The position numbers were made by a program, and so were the translations under genes. A stretch of 63,387 nucleotides of DNA, the filler included, from Saprolegnia diclina VS20 (lineage: Eukaryota), in NCBI RefSeq assembly GCF_000281045.1. It is 6 parts of 4 records of this genome, joined end to end, with 100 filler letters (N's around TTAATTAATTAA, not from the genome) between each part and the next. Parts side by side here need not be neighbours in the genome. Positions count along the whole stretch, not along the records: positions 1 to 4,721 come from NW_008246128.1; positions 4,822 to 32,245 come from NW_008246128.1; 4 more parts are not named here. The stretch is one strand, 5' to 3'. Of this stretch, positions 1-13,000 are shown piece by piece. How positions within the stretch are numbered: the first letter of the stretch is position 1; each line of letters begins with the position of its first letter. The notes beneath the pieces were generated by a model. That model had not been told where the DNA came from. It saw only the letters and a list, made by a program, of their open reading frames with translations, and ran no database searches.

Positions 1-836
1 GGTGCCTGCATGGCGACGGCGAGTAGCGTCACGGCCGTTGACGCGAGGAGCGCAGCGACTGCGCTCATGGGCGAGCAAAGGAAAATACCTAGCAGCATGA
101 CGACACCCGGGAACCAGTCGCCGACGAGGAAGGTCTCGGCAATCCCAGAGAAAACGGCTTGGGCGATCGCAGCCGAGTCGTAGGACGCAGTCGAGAGCGT
201 CGAGTTGAGCACGAGGCGGGGTGCTGGAAACGCCATGGTTTGAAGACTCGGGTAGAGCTGCGTCGAGAGCGCGTAGATCCAGATCGACACTTGAAAGGGA
301 AACGTGAGGGTTGGAAGGCCGGGCGGCAGTGCCGAAGCCGTCGCCGTCGCCAAGAGCACGCTGAGAATTGATAGGAGTACAATGACGAGGCTCGCTACGC
401 CGTACGCATCACCCGTGAAGAACGTGTGCACCGCACACCCGACCAGCGTCGCGTTGTACCCGTGGAGACCGGCGGCGCGCAAACTTCGGTCCAGGCCCAT
501 GAGGCACGAGAAGGCTGTCGCTGACACAACGCCGAGCAGTGCAAAGGCAACCATGCGCAGCCCTTGGGTCGACAGGCCGAGCGCGACGAGGAAGAGAAGC
601 CCCGAGAGCGGTGAGTTTTGAAAGTTGCATTGACCGACACCGCGAAGACACGTATCGAGAAACGCCAGCGCTTGGTGCTTCTCGGTGTAGACGGCCAGTT
701 GTGGCAGCGTTCGAAAGCATGCGACGCTGCCAAGGAGGGGCAAGGTGCGTCGGACACGCGGTGCGAGAGTCGTTGCAGCGGGGCCTTTGTTCGCGGGCGC
801 CACCTTGGGCGACTCCATTGCGCACCACGGGTCCAT
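1..836 (-). CDS. Urea transporter (UT/SLC14/Yut family), 3' part runs off the window
   Basis: Manual translation from ATG at 836 is open to base 1: ...FLDTCLRGVGQCNFQNSPLSGLLFLVAL...GLHGYNATLVGCA...LPTLTFPFQVS...GIAETFLVGDWFPG. These match the UT motifs LRGxxQxxFxNNPxSG, GxxGYNxxLVG and LPxxTxPF. It is missing from the ORF track because there is no stop in the window. Confidence 0.88.
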   Translation of the reverse strand, partial: MDPWCAMESPKVAPANKGPAATTLAPRVRRTLPLLGSVACFRTLPQLAVYTEKHQALAFLDTCLRGVGQCNFQNSPLSGLLFLVALGLSTQGLRMVAFALLGVVSATAFSCLMGLDRSLRAAGLHGYNATLVGCAVHTFFTGDAYGVASLVIVLLSILSVLLATATASALPPGLPTLTFPFQVSIWIYALSTQLYPSLQTMAFPAPRLVLNSTLSTASYDSAAIAQAVFSGIAETFLVGDWFPGVVMLLGIFLCSPMSAVAALLASTAVTLLAVAMQA

Positions 837-2052
837 GTCGATGGATGGTAGGGCGGGGGTGAAATGAGGAATAATGGCTGGCCCGTCGCGTGAAGCCATC
901 TTCCTAGTTGTTGAAGTTTGGGATGCAACGGTGGAAACAGCTGGAGGAGTCCAACATGGCGAGTCGCATAAGATCGCCCAGCCTCACGAGTACTAATATC
1001 GACCGAGAAGACTGTTGCAGGAACGCTTATAGAAGGTTTAGAAGCGTCACCGTTGTGCCACGTACTTGAAGCAGCAACACTGCACCTGCTGGATCCTGCG
1101 GCGAGGCATCGGGATCGTCGCTGTTGTTCGGCAGCAAAGTGCAACCTCGGTACAGGTCCATGTACTAAGAGCGCATGCCTGACGATGGGGAGCATGGTTG
1201 TACGATCAGGGGCGTTAGAGTGCTTCGGGTCGGCTCTTGCACGGCTAGACTGTTTCGTCGCTGCTCCACCTCGCTTGTGTCGAGTTGCTGTTTTTGCTCG
1301 AAGGCACGGGTACCGTGTACTCTACATCTCGAGGCACCCAGCCACGGAAGATCTAGAATTTTTGCCCCGCTTTTGACTGGCTCGGGGTTGCAATCCGCAC
1401 CCACCGAGACCCGCGAGACACCCCACGTTTCCGGCGCTGGGCCATTACATATGGCTCTGATTTGCGGGCCAACATTGCGCTGCAATCACATAGTGTTTGG
1501 CGGTGAGGCCTTCTGGACGTTGAAACGGTACCCACGGGCAGCTCGTTCACCCACAAGGCACCTTGGAGAACCTTTGCACACCGTGGGTGGTAGCAATCAT
1601 GGGTACCGGTACATTCGTGCTGTCGCGAGTGAGCGCGTCACCATCTCGTTCGACGGTACATGTACCAAGGACATGTACAAGTCCGCGTGAAACCGCCCAA
1701 AATGACTGCGCGATCGTTCTGCTTCGTCGACTCGTCGAGCTGAATGAATCGAGCCGCGGGAGTAGTTTTGCAACCCACGACTCAAAATCTAGTACTCCAT
1801 TCATAAGTTGTAGAAACCTCTCAGAGCGTAAGAAGCGTCGTTTGCGGAGGGTACATTTGGTGTATCGCTGCTAGCACAAGGCCTAGATGCTACCTTCCAT
1901 CGCAGACTTGTGCTGGTATCCATCAGCGTGCCTGCTATTTATACGACATTGTCAGGCGTCTCGAACGGTGGCGGCGATGACGGAAGAGAGAAAGTCCATC
2001 CGACGTACATGCTGAGGCACGATCTATCCCCATCGAAATCAATGGCGTAGCA

Positions 2053-4721
2053 TCTCAATCGCTTCCCGTCCTCGAAGCCGTGCGCACTGCAAAGCGGCTG
2101 TCGATGCCACGAGGTGATAGCATCAAGGCCATTGAGGCCACATCGACACCAGTTCGGCCACTCCCATCGCATTTCTTGTGTTGCTCAAGCCGCGACGGTA
2201 GGAAGCCAAGCTCTCGGCGCGCGGCGTGTGCCACCGAACGAACGCGCATTTTGAGGGTCTTGTCAAGGTGCAGAGGCATTGCTTCTCGACTGCAATTAGT
2301 CAATGATCTCTTGTAGTCGTCCACGTGGGTGCTCAAGAATGCCTTGTCGTCCGAAGTGGGCCGGCCTGTACGCGAAGCCCACGTTCGATTCGGCCGAGCC
2401 TACGCCTACTACCGGCTCGGGCAGTACAAGAAAGCTCTGCAAGACTTTACCTCGTGCATCGACATGGACCCTGCGTGGGCATTGGCTTACTTTGATCGAG
2501 GTCGCTTTTGGTCTGTGATATATATACTGAATGCAGCCAAAGGGTGTACGCACTATCACATGGGAAAGCTCGACCGTGCGATCCACGACATATCCAAAGC
2601 CATCAAGTTTGACCCGAAGAACAAGACGTACCTCGACAGCAGGGCGATGCTGTATCGAGAGCACGTACGAGGCGGCGATACCAGATGCACGTGCATCAAC
2701 GCGCTTGCATTAGGGTCACTTTCGCGAGGCCATTGCCGACTACAACCGCATCGAAGGGCTCAAGATCGTCCCGCCGGACGAAACCATCTTTGGCCTGGAA
2801 GCGGCCGTCGCCACGCACAACATTACAGAGCGGCGGCCAGCGGCCAAGAATTCGCACGAAGAGCTGGACCCGCGCATCATGAGTGTCTTTCGCTACGTCT
2901 GGCAATCGCAATTCTGTCCATCGTAACATACGTGGTGCGTAGAAGCCCAAGGAGCGGCCGGAAGCGGCGATTCTCAGTGGGTACCAGATTGCCAAGTCGT
3001 GGCGCGTCTTTGAGCGCGAAAGTCAGGTACGACAAATGACGGCCACGGCTGTGCTTTTCTTCTGAAATCCGATACCAGAATGTGATTGTGGACTTCTTAC
3101 AAGTCGGTCGCCTCGAATCGTACGCTGCACGGAGCTACATTTTCCGGCAAGGCGATGACGCGACCCACTACTATATCATTATGGCTGGCAGTGTCGTCGT
3201 CACGACAGAAACCATTGGTGCCGCTTCCAACTATACACTGGATGGATGATGACACTGTTTCGATCGATAGAAAATGGGCAAGTCAAGACGCAAAAACTCT
3301 GCTCGCTTTTTGAAGGCGACGGCTTTGGCGAACCGCGCGAGATTCCAGGTCCGCGCCGCGCGTCCGTGCTCACGTCCGACACTGTGCACTGCCTCGTGGT
3401 CTCGCACCGGTTTTACCAAAGCATCATGGAGCGCCACGTGCAAAGCCAGCTCGAAGAAAAGTGTGCTGTGTTGCGCAAGTGCCGCGTGTTTGATACGTAC
3501 AATGATGTTATGCAACAATATCCACCACAATGAATGTCAACTAGGTGTACCGACGAGGTGCTCCAGCGTGTGGCGCAAATGTCCAGTCTCCTCATGTTCC
3601 AGCCGTATCGAACCGTGATGAAAGCTGGCGACATGGTCGACAAGCTCTACGTCATCAAGCGAGGCGTATGTACCGTCAAAAAGTTGCTTCCGATTGATGC
3701 CAAGCACGGCGACAGCGCCAGCCGGTTGGTTTTTACCTACTCTTTTATATCTACACTCGACGTTGCCTCTTGACGAACACTATTGTCTGTATAGCGAGGT
3801 TGGTAGCTCGGTCCCAAGAAAGAGTGCGCAAGGATTGTTGCAGAGCAAACGATCATCTAGTAGTATCAAGCGTTCAAAGGTGCCCGAGTGCTACGACGGC
3901 TCGTGGGCCGTGGACAATGGCTGGCAACTGACCAATCCGCGTCTCCGCAGCGAATTTACGCCCGAAGGTACCCTCTTTAGGGTTGGAGTGTATCTATAGG
4001 ACCTTGTAGACAAGGACGCGGAAACCATTGAAGTCACGATTGCAACCCTGTCGACGGGCCAAGTGTTTGGCGAAGTTGGTTCTCTTCAAGCTAAAATGCA
4101 CAAAATGTCGTCTTGTAGGTGTGTGTGTTGCGGCATAACCAGTCGTCGACGATTTCCGTCACCTCGGACACACTTCTCGAAGTGCTCGAGCTCAACCAGA
4201 ACGGTCTCGCGCAACTCAATCTCAAATTCAACAGCCGCACCATGAACGCACTCCAAGACTCGTTCCTGTACCATAACCCGCCGCATCCAAAAATGGCACA
4301 CCTCTTTGGCGAACAGCTTTCGTGGCGCCAGGAAAAATCGCGCATCGTGCTCGAGGTGCTGGAAGACAGCCCCGGGTATGGCGTCGTCAAGCGCGCGACG
4401 CTGGATCGGCACTCGACGTTGGACCCGACGACATTTTATATCAATTAACATTACCATTTGCTGTTGTATTCGGTGGATACGTACCTGAAACCATCGCACA
4501 GCGTCAAAGATCCCTTGGCTCAGAGCATGGGCAGAAGAGTCCACCTACCCCAGTAAAGTTGACCACCAAGTACTACAAAGCAGTCGTGAGTGTACAAGAT
4601 CTCGGTGCCGAAAGACGAGACAGGCTTCGAGCGGCGACGTGGCGTCCACGGTCGTCGTCGCTTCCCCCGGGGGCCTTGACGCTCATGCCGCCGCGCGGCG
4701 TCGACCGAAGCAGCTCGGGAA
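2053..4721 (+). CDS. Multi-exon TPR-repeat + cyclic-nucleotide-binding domain protein (start uncertain, 3' end lost in gap)
   Basis: TPR-like exons (FGRAYAYYRLGQYKKALQDFTSCIDMDP; GKLDRAIHDISKAIKFDP) and cNMP-binding motifs (LFEGDGFGE..PRRASVLT; VMKAGDMVDKLYVIKRG; LSTGQVFGE) are separated by short GT-AG introns. Confidence 0.75.
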
Positions 4722-5432
4722 NNNNNNNNNNNNNNNNNNNNNNNNNNNNNNNNNNNNNNNNNNNNTTAATTAATTAANNNNNNNNNNNNNNNNNNNNNNN
4801 NNNNNNNNNNNNNNNNNNNNNATACGATGGATAGCAAAAGAGTAGCAGCAGCGCCAACCCGAGCACCGCCACCGGCTCCCCCTTTAAGAGGTAGCAGTGC
4901 TACCCGATTCACACGCGCACGAGGGCATGTGCCTGGTCATGCCGATGGCGGGCTCGAATTGGCGACTGCTGCTGTTTTTGTGTAGAAACGACGGACCCTT
5001 TCCCTTTGTGGCGCTGGCTACCAAGGGAGAATCGTGAGAGGTTTTTACGTTGAGAGGAGAAACACCTTGATGTTCCCATGGACGACGGAAAAGGGAGCGC
5101 AGCTACGGGACTGAAGCGCGTACCGTTGGCTTGCAAAGCAGAAATCTACCGACGCGACTACATGCGCTCGACAGAATCGGCGCTCCAACATGGCATCTAA
5201 TGAGTTGGAAGATGCAAAAACGTAGGTAAATGTGTCGAAATCGGTGGCTTGGGGTTACCTGCGAGCCAGCATGTTGCGGACGTCTCCTATGAACAAGACC
5301 GACGCGGCAACAGAGCTCCAATACAAGTTGAGTAACTTGTATTGGACCGACAGCCAGGTGCGATCCAATATATTGGCCAACAGACACTGTTGCCACTATT
5401 TCATACAGTGTATTTCCTGCGAAACACTGCGT

Positions 5433-5446
5433 TCATTTCGAATCTT
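5433..5446 (+). promoter_or_regulatory. Oomycete INR+FPR-like core promoter
   Basis: TCATTTCGAATCTT lies about 26-40 nt upstream of the ATG at 5472 and resembles the oomycete YCAYTYYNNAWTTY consensus. Confidence 0.4.
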
Positions 5447-5471
5447 GCATCCCGTCGACATCTCGCTCGTC

Positions 5472-5990
5472 ATGGCCGAGGAGTGGGGCGACTGGCCGAT
5501 CGACGACGACAACACGCAGCTGGTGGACCTCCACCCGTTCTGGGACCACGAGCGTCAGCACCAGCGCTGCCAAGCCGCCTACCGCCAGCTCATCGATGCG
5601 TCGTTCTGCACCTCTGGTCGATGCCCTCACCCGGACGTGCGCCTTGGCAACGTCTTGCTACCATGGCCGCTCACACCAACGGACGTCGCCAGTCTCGTCC
5701 AGGAATACTCGACAGGCTGTATTTCACCTTCCCTCTGCGCTCTTGACCCTGCTTGGTCGAGTCGTCTTCACACGCAGGTCCAAGCCTTTCTCGGTCGCGG
5801 TGGAGTGCACAACTGCGCGCTGCAACTGCGCTGCATCTGGCTCGGCGGCGCGACGCTGCTACCAGCCACAGGCTATGCCGCTGTCTACGTCCTCCTCAGA
5901 CCCGAACGCGACGTGTGGCAGCTCCTCTACAAGAGCATTCGCACGACCCACTACGTGGCATCGACGTGCACTGGCGCCGTGCCATGGCTC
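5472..5990 (+). pseudogene. 5' fragment of a degenerate 2OG-Fe(II) oxygenase-like family gene, truncated at a retrotransposon remnant
   Basis: MAEEWGDWP...SFCTSGRCPHPDVRLGNVLLPWPLTP...ALQLRCIWL resembles the N-terminus of the 53099 gene (PLLRVG..LGWPL..SLELSHLVL). The frame runs into the antisense gag sequence near 5990. Confidence 0.45.
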
Positions 5991-6700
5991 TGCATGTATA
6001 TTCGCCCGCTTGAAGATGATTTTCTCGAGGTGCGCAAGGCCAGCTCGCGGCTCGACCGCCAGCTTCTCATATAGCAGCTGCTTGACGTCCATCCTCAACT
6101 GGTCGGGACGAAGCCGCTTGACAAGTGCCTTGAAGATCTTGGCCTTGAGCGTATCGTTCTCGAGCTTCTCCTTGCGACCATGCTCTTCAATTGCCAGACT
6201 GGCCTGAAAGACAAAGTTGTTGACTCGCGCGTTGATATCTTCTTCGTCATAGTCGAGCGAAACGGAGGCGAAAACCTTGTCGTACGTGAGCACCGCCATG
6301 TTCGGTTGCTTCTTCATGATGTCGTTGATCGCGTCCCACAGCTTCGCATCCGGTACGTTCAGCAGCGTGTAGTCGTCCCATAGCTTCCACTTGCTCTTCA
6401 TGAGGAACTCGAGAAACCCGACGGGGCAAACGACTCCCGGAGCGGAACGCACGTCGCGGCATAGCTTTGGTTCGTTCGGTGACACTCGCGCCGCACGGAG
6501 GTCTCGTACTCGACGCGCTTCCACATGACCACATCGCGATGGGCGATACTCTTGAACTCTGGGTGCACCAGCTGCGGGAGTTCGACGACGCTCTTTGACA
6601 CCGCGGTTGTTCTAGAATTGTTATCGTGTTGCGACCCAAGATCGTCTTCTTGAGCGAGTTGTGGTTGCTAACTTTGGCACTGTATCCACCAAACTGTGAA
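5990..6700 (-). mobile_element. Ty3/gypsy-like gag remnant, frameshifted
   Basis: Two overlapping frames (6398-6601 and 5859-6524) join into VELPQLVHPEFKSIAHRDVVMWKR.EYE..VRRECH / ...VSLDYDEEDINARVNNF..IEEHG..FKALVKRLRPDQLR, which resembles oomycete gypsy gag. A possible LTR end/PBS (minus strand ...TTCACA gtt TGGTGG) lies near 6685-6700. No pol is visible. Confidence 0.6.
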
Positions 6701-7048
6701 CGCCAGACAAAGGGAGGCCGTGCACCCCAAACACCGGCGTGTATGCAAAGAGGCAACTTGGAAACTAGGCTCTTGTACAGTCCCATCGTATGGAGCCCGG
6801 CGGTTCCTGCCCATCTTAACGGTTTCTCGGTAGGACTATCGTACTGATAGATTGATACAAACACGTTGCCGTGTCCCAACCTAATGGTTCTAGTATTGTG
6901 TAGTAGGTGTCAAGTATTACGTGCTCAAACACCCGTCTACTGCTGTATTCCACTGCGTAATGGCGAAGAGGACGCTGACGATCTTGAGCTCTGGTCAAAA
7001 CCGAGGAGCAAGCTTATTTGGAAAACCAAAATGTTTGATAAGTGCAAC

Positions 7049-10000
7049 TTAACGCAGCAGACGATCGAGGTGCTTTTCAAGGTCGCCAATGTCGTGGGTA
7101 TACGAGGCGGGGATGTTGGAGCACTTGAGTTTGTTGTACTTTTGCACGAGCTCGGTCTGGCAGTTGGCAAAGATGTACTCGCGCAGCGGAAGAAACTTGG
7201 TCACGCGTGGCAAGGCCCAGCCAGGATAGATCGTCTCAAACTCCTTGTACGGTCGTCTGCCGCTTGTAAACACGAAGACGTTGTTCTCGACCACGCTGGT
7301 CGCACAGCTCGACTCAACCAGCTCGTTGGTTTTGTTCCACGAGATACCAGTGAGGCCTACCGGCTGATGGTACGTGTCGTGGAGCGCGTCGTCGGTCGTC
7401 GAGACATGGCCCAGCGCCTTGGTGCACGGGCAGAAGCAGCGCGGACATGGCTTCCCACAGCGCGGCATGATGCCATCGACCGCACCGTACGCCTCGTTGT
7501 GGATGGCCTTGACAATCTTGTGAGCGATCGACGAGCTCCACAAGACCGATGGCCCGAGATGAACGTCGAGAGCTTTGAGGCGCGCCAAAAGACTTTGCGG
7601 GACGCTGAGTCCGTCGCGATGGGCTCTGAGAGCAAACACCGACGGGCCTTGGTCGTCGCAGTTCATCAAAAGCCCCGCGACCGACGGCAGACTCTCAATC
7701 AGCGCGCTCGTACCACTGCACTTGAGCCGACTCTGGAGCTTGAGGCGGAGTGCGTGGACAAAGACTTTGCTGCGCTTGGTGGCGGCGTCACGCGCCACGG
7801 CACTCGCGCTCACAATGCTGTCTTCCACGTCGCGCACGAGCTTTTCGGCGACACGAAGATGACACTCTTGCACTTGGGCCAACACGAGGTGGCTCATGAC
7901 GCCCGCAGCATGCTCGACCGGCAGCTTGATGTGGTTCAGCACCGCGTCCATCTCCCGCTTTCGCAGTAGCTGCAAAAGGTCCTTGTCCAAGGCGGCCTGC
8001 ATCGCGTCGGCAGTGCGCACCCAGCGCGCGTCCTTGAGCGCTGACGCGACGACGCTCACGACTTCTTCTTCAAACGCCTTGGTCAAATGGAGACCGAGCC
8101 ACTCGTTCAGCGTCGTCGAGAGCAGCTGGGCGGCCTTTTGACCGTCGCAGACACTTTGCGCGAAGCAAAGCATGCTCGGCCGGAACGCTTCAAACTTGGC
8201 GACGACGCTGTTGACCGCGTCCCAGCGCGCTTGACGCTGCTGGAGCGCTGTCGTGAGTGTCTCGTGGAGCGCACGGAGACCGACCTTGAGCTCCGACGGC
8301 TTCAATTGCATCGTGGATAAGAGGCGCTTGATGCTCATGACGCACGTGAGCGCAACGTCGTCTGCGTAGCGGTCGACGTCGGCGAGGTCGCTGCACACGC
8401 GATCGCGCACCGCGTCGGCGACTTTGGCGTCGCGCGAGGGCTCATCGCGCCGCACCCAGTTTCTCGCCGACTGCCACGCGCTTTGGAGGAATGACGCGTC
8501 GTCGTCGTTGCTCGTCAAGAGCCGAAGCTCGTCCGGGGTGAAGATATTGTTGCCGTGGAGGACGTCGTGCACGAGCTTGGGCACGTGCGTGGCGAGCGCC
8601 GGTCTGGCGTGGCGCGCCTTGTCCAAAATCGCGTTGAAGATCGTGTCAAAGGCGGCCAAGGTCGCCTCGGGGCCGCACTTGGCGTTGTGGTCGACGATGG
8701 CCGCTTGCAGCTCTTCCTTGTACGCCTTGGTGATCGCGTCAAAGTCGAACAAGTGCTGGACTTTGGACTGGACGAGGCGCACCGAGTGCGACGCTTGGCG
8801 CTGCTTCTTCTCATGCCATGTTGCTTCCATCGCGGTGGCCCACTTGGCAAACTCATTTTGGTTCAGCGTCGCCATGACGACAGCGTCCAGCGAAGCCACC
8901 GTGCTCTCCACGTGATGTGCGAGGAGAAGCTCGTACTTGCTGCTGCGGTCGCCGTCCGGCGCCTTGTCGTCCGCGCTGTCGGCGCTCATCGTCTGCAGCA
9001 CCAAGTCAAACGCCTCGCTGTAGATCTTGGCGAGCTCTTGCGTGTGCATTGCCATGGCTTGCACCAGCCGGTCGTAGACGACGCGTTCGTGGGCCGACGC
9101 AAAGTCCAGCTCAAAGTTGGCGCTCTGAAGACACATCCAGACCAAGTCCAAGCTCTCGCTGAGCTCGCCGACGGTGCGCGCTTGCCACGCTCCGTCATTG
9201 ACAGCCGTCATGTGCATGAAATCTCGGAAGCGAACGAGTCGGTCGCCAAAGTCGGGCAGTGGCACGTCGTTGGGCGGCGTCGTCTGGCCTTGCGTGAGCC
9301 CCAGAAAGCGAACTGCACTCGTCGTTTCGTCCGTCATGTCAGTGGAAAAGTCGCGCAAAAAGGACGTGGCCGTTGCCGCCTGCGACTGCCGCACAGTCGC
9401 AATCTGCTTGGCGCTGCTGCGCAGACTGTCGAGAAGCGCGCGCAGGCTTGTGACCATGCTGCTTCTCTGCGTCACATCGATTTGGTTGAACGCAAAATAG
9501 AGTTTTGTCGCGAGATGGCCACCGGACGCAGCCGCAAGCTCCGAGTTGGCAAAGGCCGAGAGCACGATCGGGAGCACGTCGTTGATCGTGTTAGTCGACT
9601 CGCCTTTTGTCAAGATGATAGTCGCATCGGCAGGCAAAATGGCCACGGACGCCATGCGGTTGTCGCGCCACACTGTGCCTTCGACACCGACGTACTCGGG
9701 CGACTGGATGCCTTCCGTGTCCAGTAGCAACATGTAGTCGTACGCACCGCCGTTGTCGCAAGCGAGGAGCTGCAAGTTGACGCCCCGTGTGCACCGCGCG
9801 ACGCTCGTCCGGAGTCGGACGCCAAACATGCTGTTGAGCAGCGTCGACTTGCCCGACGACTGGACACCCATGACCGAGAGCACAAAGACGCGGGTGTTGG
9901 CCGGCAATGCTTCGTCGAGACAGCGAAGAATAGCGCGGATCCACTTGTCGTTAACCATGCCAGCGTCACCGTCCATGAGCTCGAGCGAGAAGCCATCGAG

Positions 10001-13000
10001 AAGGTGCTGGACCGCCAGCGACGGTAGATACGCGTATACGTCGGGGTCGGCCGTAAACATGTGCGAGAGTTCGCGCCAGAGGTGCTCGAGACCGGTGACC
10101 ATGTTGCTCCACGTCGCAAGGGCTGAAGCGTAGGCGGCTCGCGTATCCTCGTCGTCGACTTCGCTGAGGGCCACAAAGGCCCGGCTGCACTCGGCTTGCG
10201 CTTTGGCCGTGATCGCTTCGCCGCACTCGGCAAGTCGACGCTCGAGGTCGATGATGCGCATCTCGCGGTCCGCAACATCAGGTCGTTTGAGAACGTACAA
10301 GAAGTACTCGAGCAACGGCGTTTGCGACACAACCCGCACGACCTTCTTGTGAACGGCTTCACTTGAAGCGATCCGCTGGCGCAGCACCGCTTGGTTCGGA
10401 ACGCTCGTCTCCCGCTGGAGCGCAATGCGCAGCTCCGACTCGTGAGCAAACCGCCGCTGGAGCCTCAGCTTCTTGGTGCGAAGCGTCGCAAAGTCCGTGC
10501 CTGCTAGCATGCCCGCCACTCTCTGTCGCATTAGCCAATCCCGCTGGACGAGGCTCGGCAGCGACAGCTGGTCGACGAGCTGCTTTGGCGCATCGTGGGG
10601 CTCCTGCAAAATGTGCGCCGTGATGCGCTCGTACGACGTCGACATGGGACACGCGAGCGCGACCGACACAATGTGCACCTTGTCGTCGAGGTACGACTCG
10701 TCTTCGTCGTCGTTCGAGTGACACCAGTGCAGCACCGTGCCCCGGGGCAGCGTCAAGCGCACGGGTCGGGCCCCCGTGTCGACGACCAAGACGTCGGCAA
10801 ACTGCGTAATGAACGGCGCCAACAGCATGTAGTCGCCAATGACGTGGAGCACCATGACGGTCGTAAACTCCGTGTTTTCTTGCACAAACCCCCAGCCGAG
10901 CTCGGCGACGACAGCAGCGTTCGTGACGTTGTTGCCGTGCGTGCGGTCGAGGCAGTGCACCGAGTCGACGTGGAAGACGTTCTTGATCCAGTCTTTCGTC
11001 ACGCTGCTTCGCGTGGGCTGCTCCGAGACAACAGCCACGCGCGTGACCGAGGTGTCGCGCATGAGCGAAGCTTGGCCTTTGTCGAGCCGCGTCTTGACGA
11101 GGCCCAGCGCGCCCGCTTCGCTCCGAAGCTCGTCGTATGTCGAGGGGACAAGGAAGGGGACGAGGTAGCGGCGGTCGAGAAGAAGGCGGTACACCTCGGC
11201 GCGCGCGGTCGGCGTCAGCGAGTCCAAAAGACTCAAAAGCCCATCAAAGACGACTGGCCCCGGAGGCGACGCATCCTGAACCTGCCGATCGGCCCGCTTG
11301 CGCTTCACGCCCGATGTCGTGGTGTAGAGCTCTTTGACTAGACTCAGACGGTGCTTCAGCGTGTACCAAATGAGCCCGGGGAGGTCCGTCGTCTTGTTCG
11401 GCTTGGTTACGACTGTCAAGAGATGGCTCATGGGCTGTTGGATCACCGGGCCTGGTGGTTCGCTCTTGACGAGAACGGGGGCGGGCAGCTCCTCCTCGTC
11501 CGAGCTCTCGGCCGTCGCACCGTCGCCGAGTGCCGTGAGCATCGCATCGGCCATCGCAAGGATGTGCTCTCGCGTGAGAGTACTCTGAAAGCCGTCGTCG
11601 GTGCAGCCAAACTTGTGGGCGATACCAGAAAGCTCCTTGTGGCCGCTGGGAGAGATGTTCGTCGCGATCAGCTCGCCAACCCGCGCGGTCAACAGCGCGT
11701 CATCGGGCATCGCTGCCTTGCTGAATACGTCGAGAAGGATCTTGACAGCGATCGGGACGTCGCGTACGTCCAGCGCAGGGACACACCACGTGTGCATGGC
11801 ACTTTGAACCTTGGGGGCGTCCTTCCGGAGCGCGGCCAGCTGCCCGGCACGCTGGAGTGCCTCATCGACCGCCGCGTCCAGGTTGATGCCCGCCTCGACC
11901 AACACGGCGTTGAGAACATTAGTGTAGATCGCTCCAAGCTCGAGCATCGCCACCAAGTCGTTGGCCGCAACGAGCCGGCACAAGGCTGCGTGTAGGCGTG
12001 GCTCGCACAACCAGTCGACCAAAAACGTCTGGTGGAACTCGATGTCGAAGCGAAGCGCGAGCAAGGCCACGTCGACCAGCGCTTTGCTCTCGACGGTATC
12101 GGCGGTGGACGCGTCGAAGAGGTGAGAAATGGCCACGGCGGCGGCGTTAGCGCAGGCAACGCGCGTGTGCTTGAGCTCCGTGCCAATGGTCGGATCGTGC
12201 AGCCATACCTCGACGTACACGGCACGGACCGCCGCAGCGACGTCCGATGGCAAGTCACGTTTTGAGACGAGGTCGAGCCACGCATCGCGCACGAGGGAGG
12301 CAGCGCGCTCAAAACCGGCGGCCGCCAGTAAATCCCAGACACCGACGCGCGTTGTCGGACGAACAATAACGTGCCACGTCGCCGGGTCGAGGACGAGTCG
12401 CTGCTCGAAGATCGCAAAACTGAGCGCGTCCGGCCCCGTGCACTTGATCTCTGTCATAATGTCGCACCGTGTTTGACGCGCGTCGTGCAGCGTGCTCTCG
12501 CACACATCGATGCAGCTCTGGTACGGAAAGCTGCTGTAGTTGATCGAAAAGTCGCAGCTTCCCATCGCTGGGCACGCCGCCTGCAGCAAGGCCGTCGCTT
12601 CGTCCGTCGTCGTGCTCACTTGGACCTTCTTCCAGATAATGCCACCGACGTGGAAGACGCCGCTGCACACGTGCGAGCCATAGTCAAACAGAAAGTTCTG
12701 GGCCGTCACAACGTCCGTCACACGCGCCCCATCCGCCACCGCGGACGCGGTTAGCGGCGTCGAGAGAACGTCCAAAGCAAACGCTTTCATGGGCACGATG
12801 GCATACGCCACGTGCACGACCGACGTCCCCCGCAGCGGCAGATCGTAGATACCGCAATGGCGTGTCGGCCGGCTGGATCGGACGGCAGCGCAAAAGTCCT
12901 TGGCCGCGGCGGCGCTGGGAAACCACGTGTCTCGAAAATCTCTGCCGAGCGTTGGTGCTTCCAGCGTACAGTGCGTCGGCGGCTGTAAAATGGCGGCTTC

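Noticed and set aside
395..1195. 266-aa minus-strand ORF in the track
   Set aside because: Wrong frame; the urea transporter frame starting at 836 explains the region.
4766..4777. TTAATTAATTAA flanked by N runs (also ~32290, 47887, 49775, 59670)
   Set aside because: Artificial scaffolding linker with stops in all six frames; not biological.
6866..9727. Long plus-strand ORFs (367, 390 aa) antisense to the GTPase, and similar shadow ORFs elsewhere
   Set aside because: Expected by-product of high-GC3 codon usage; no motifs recognised.
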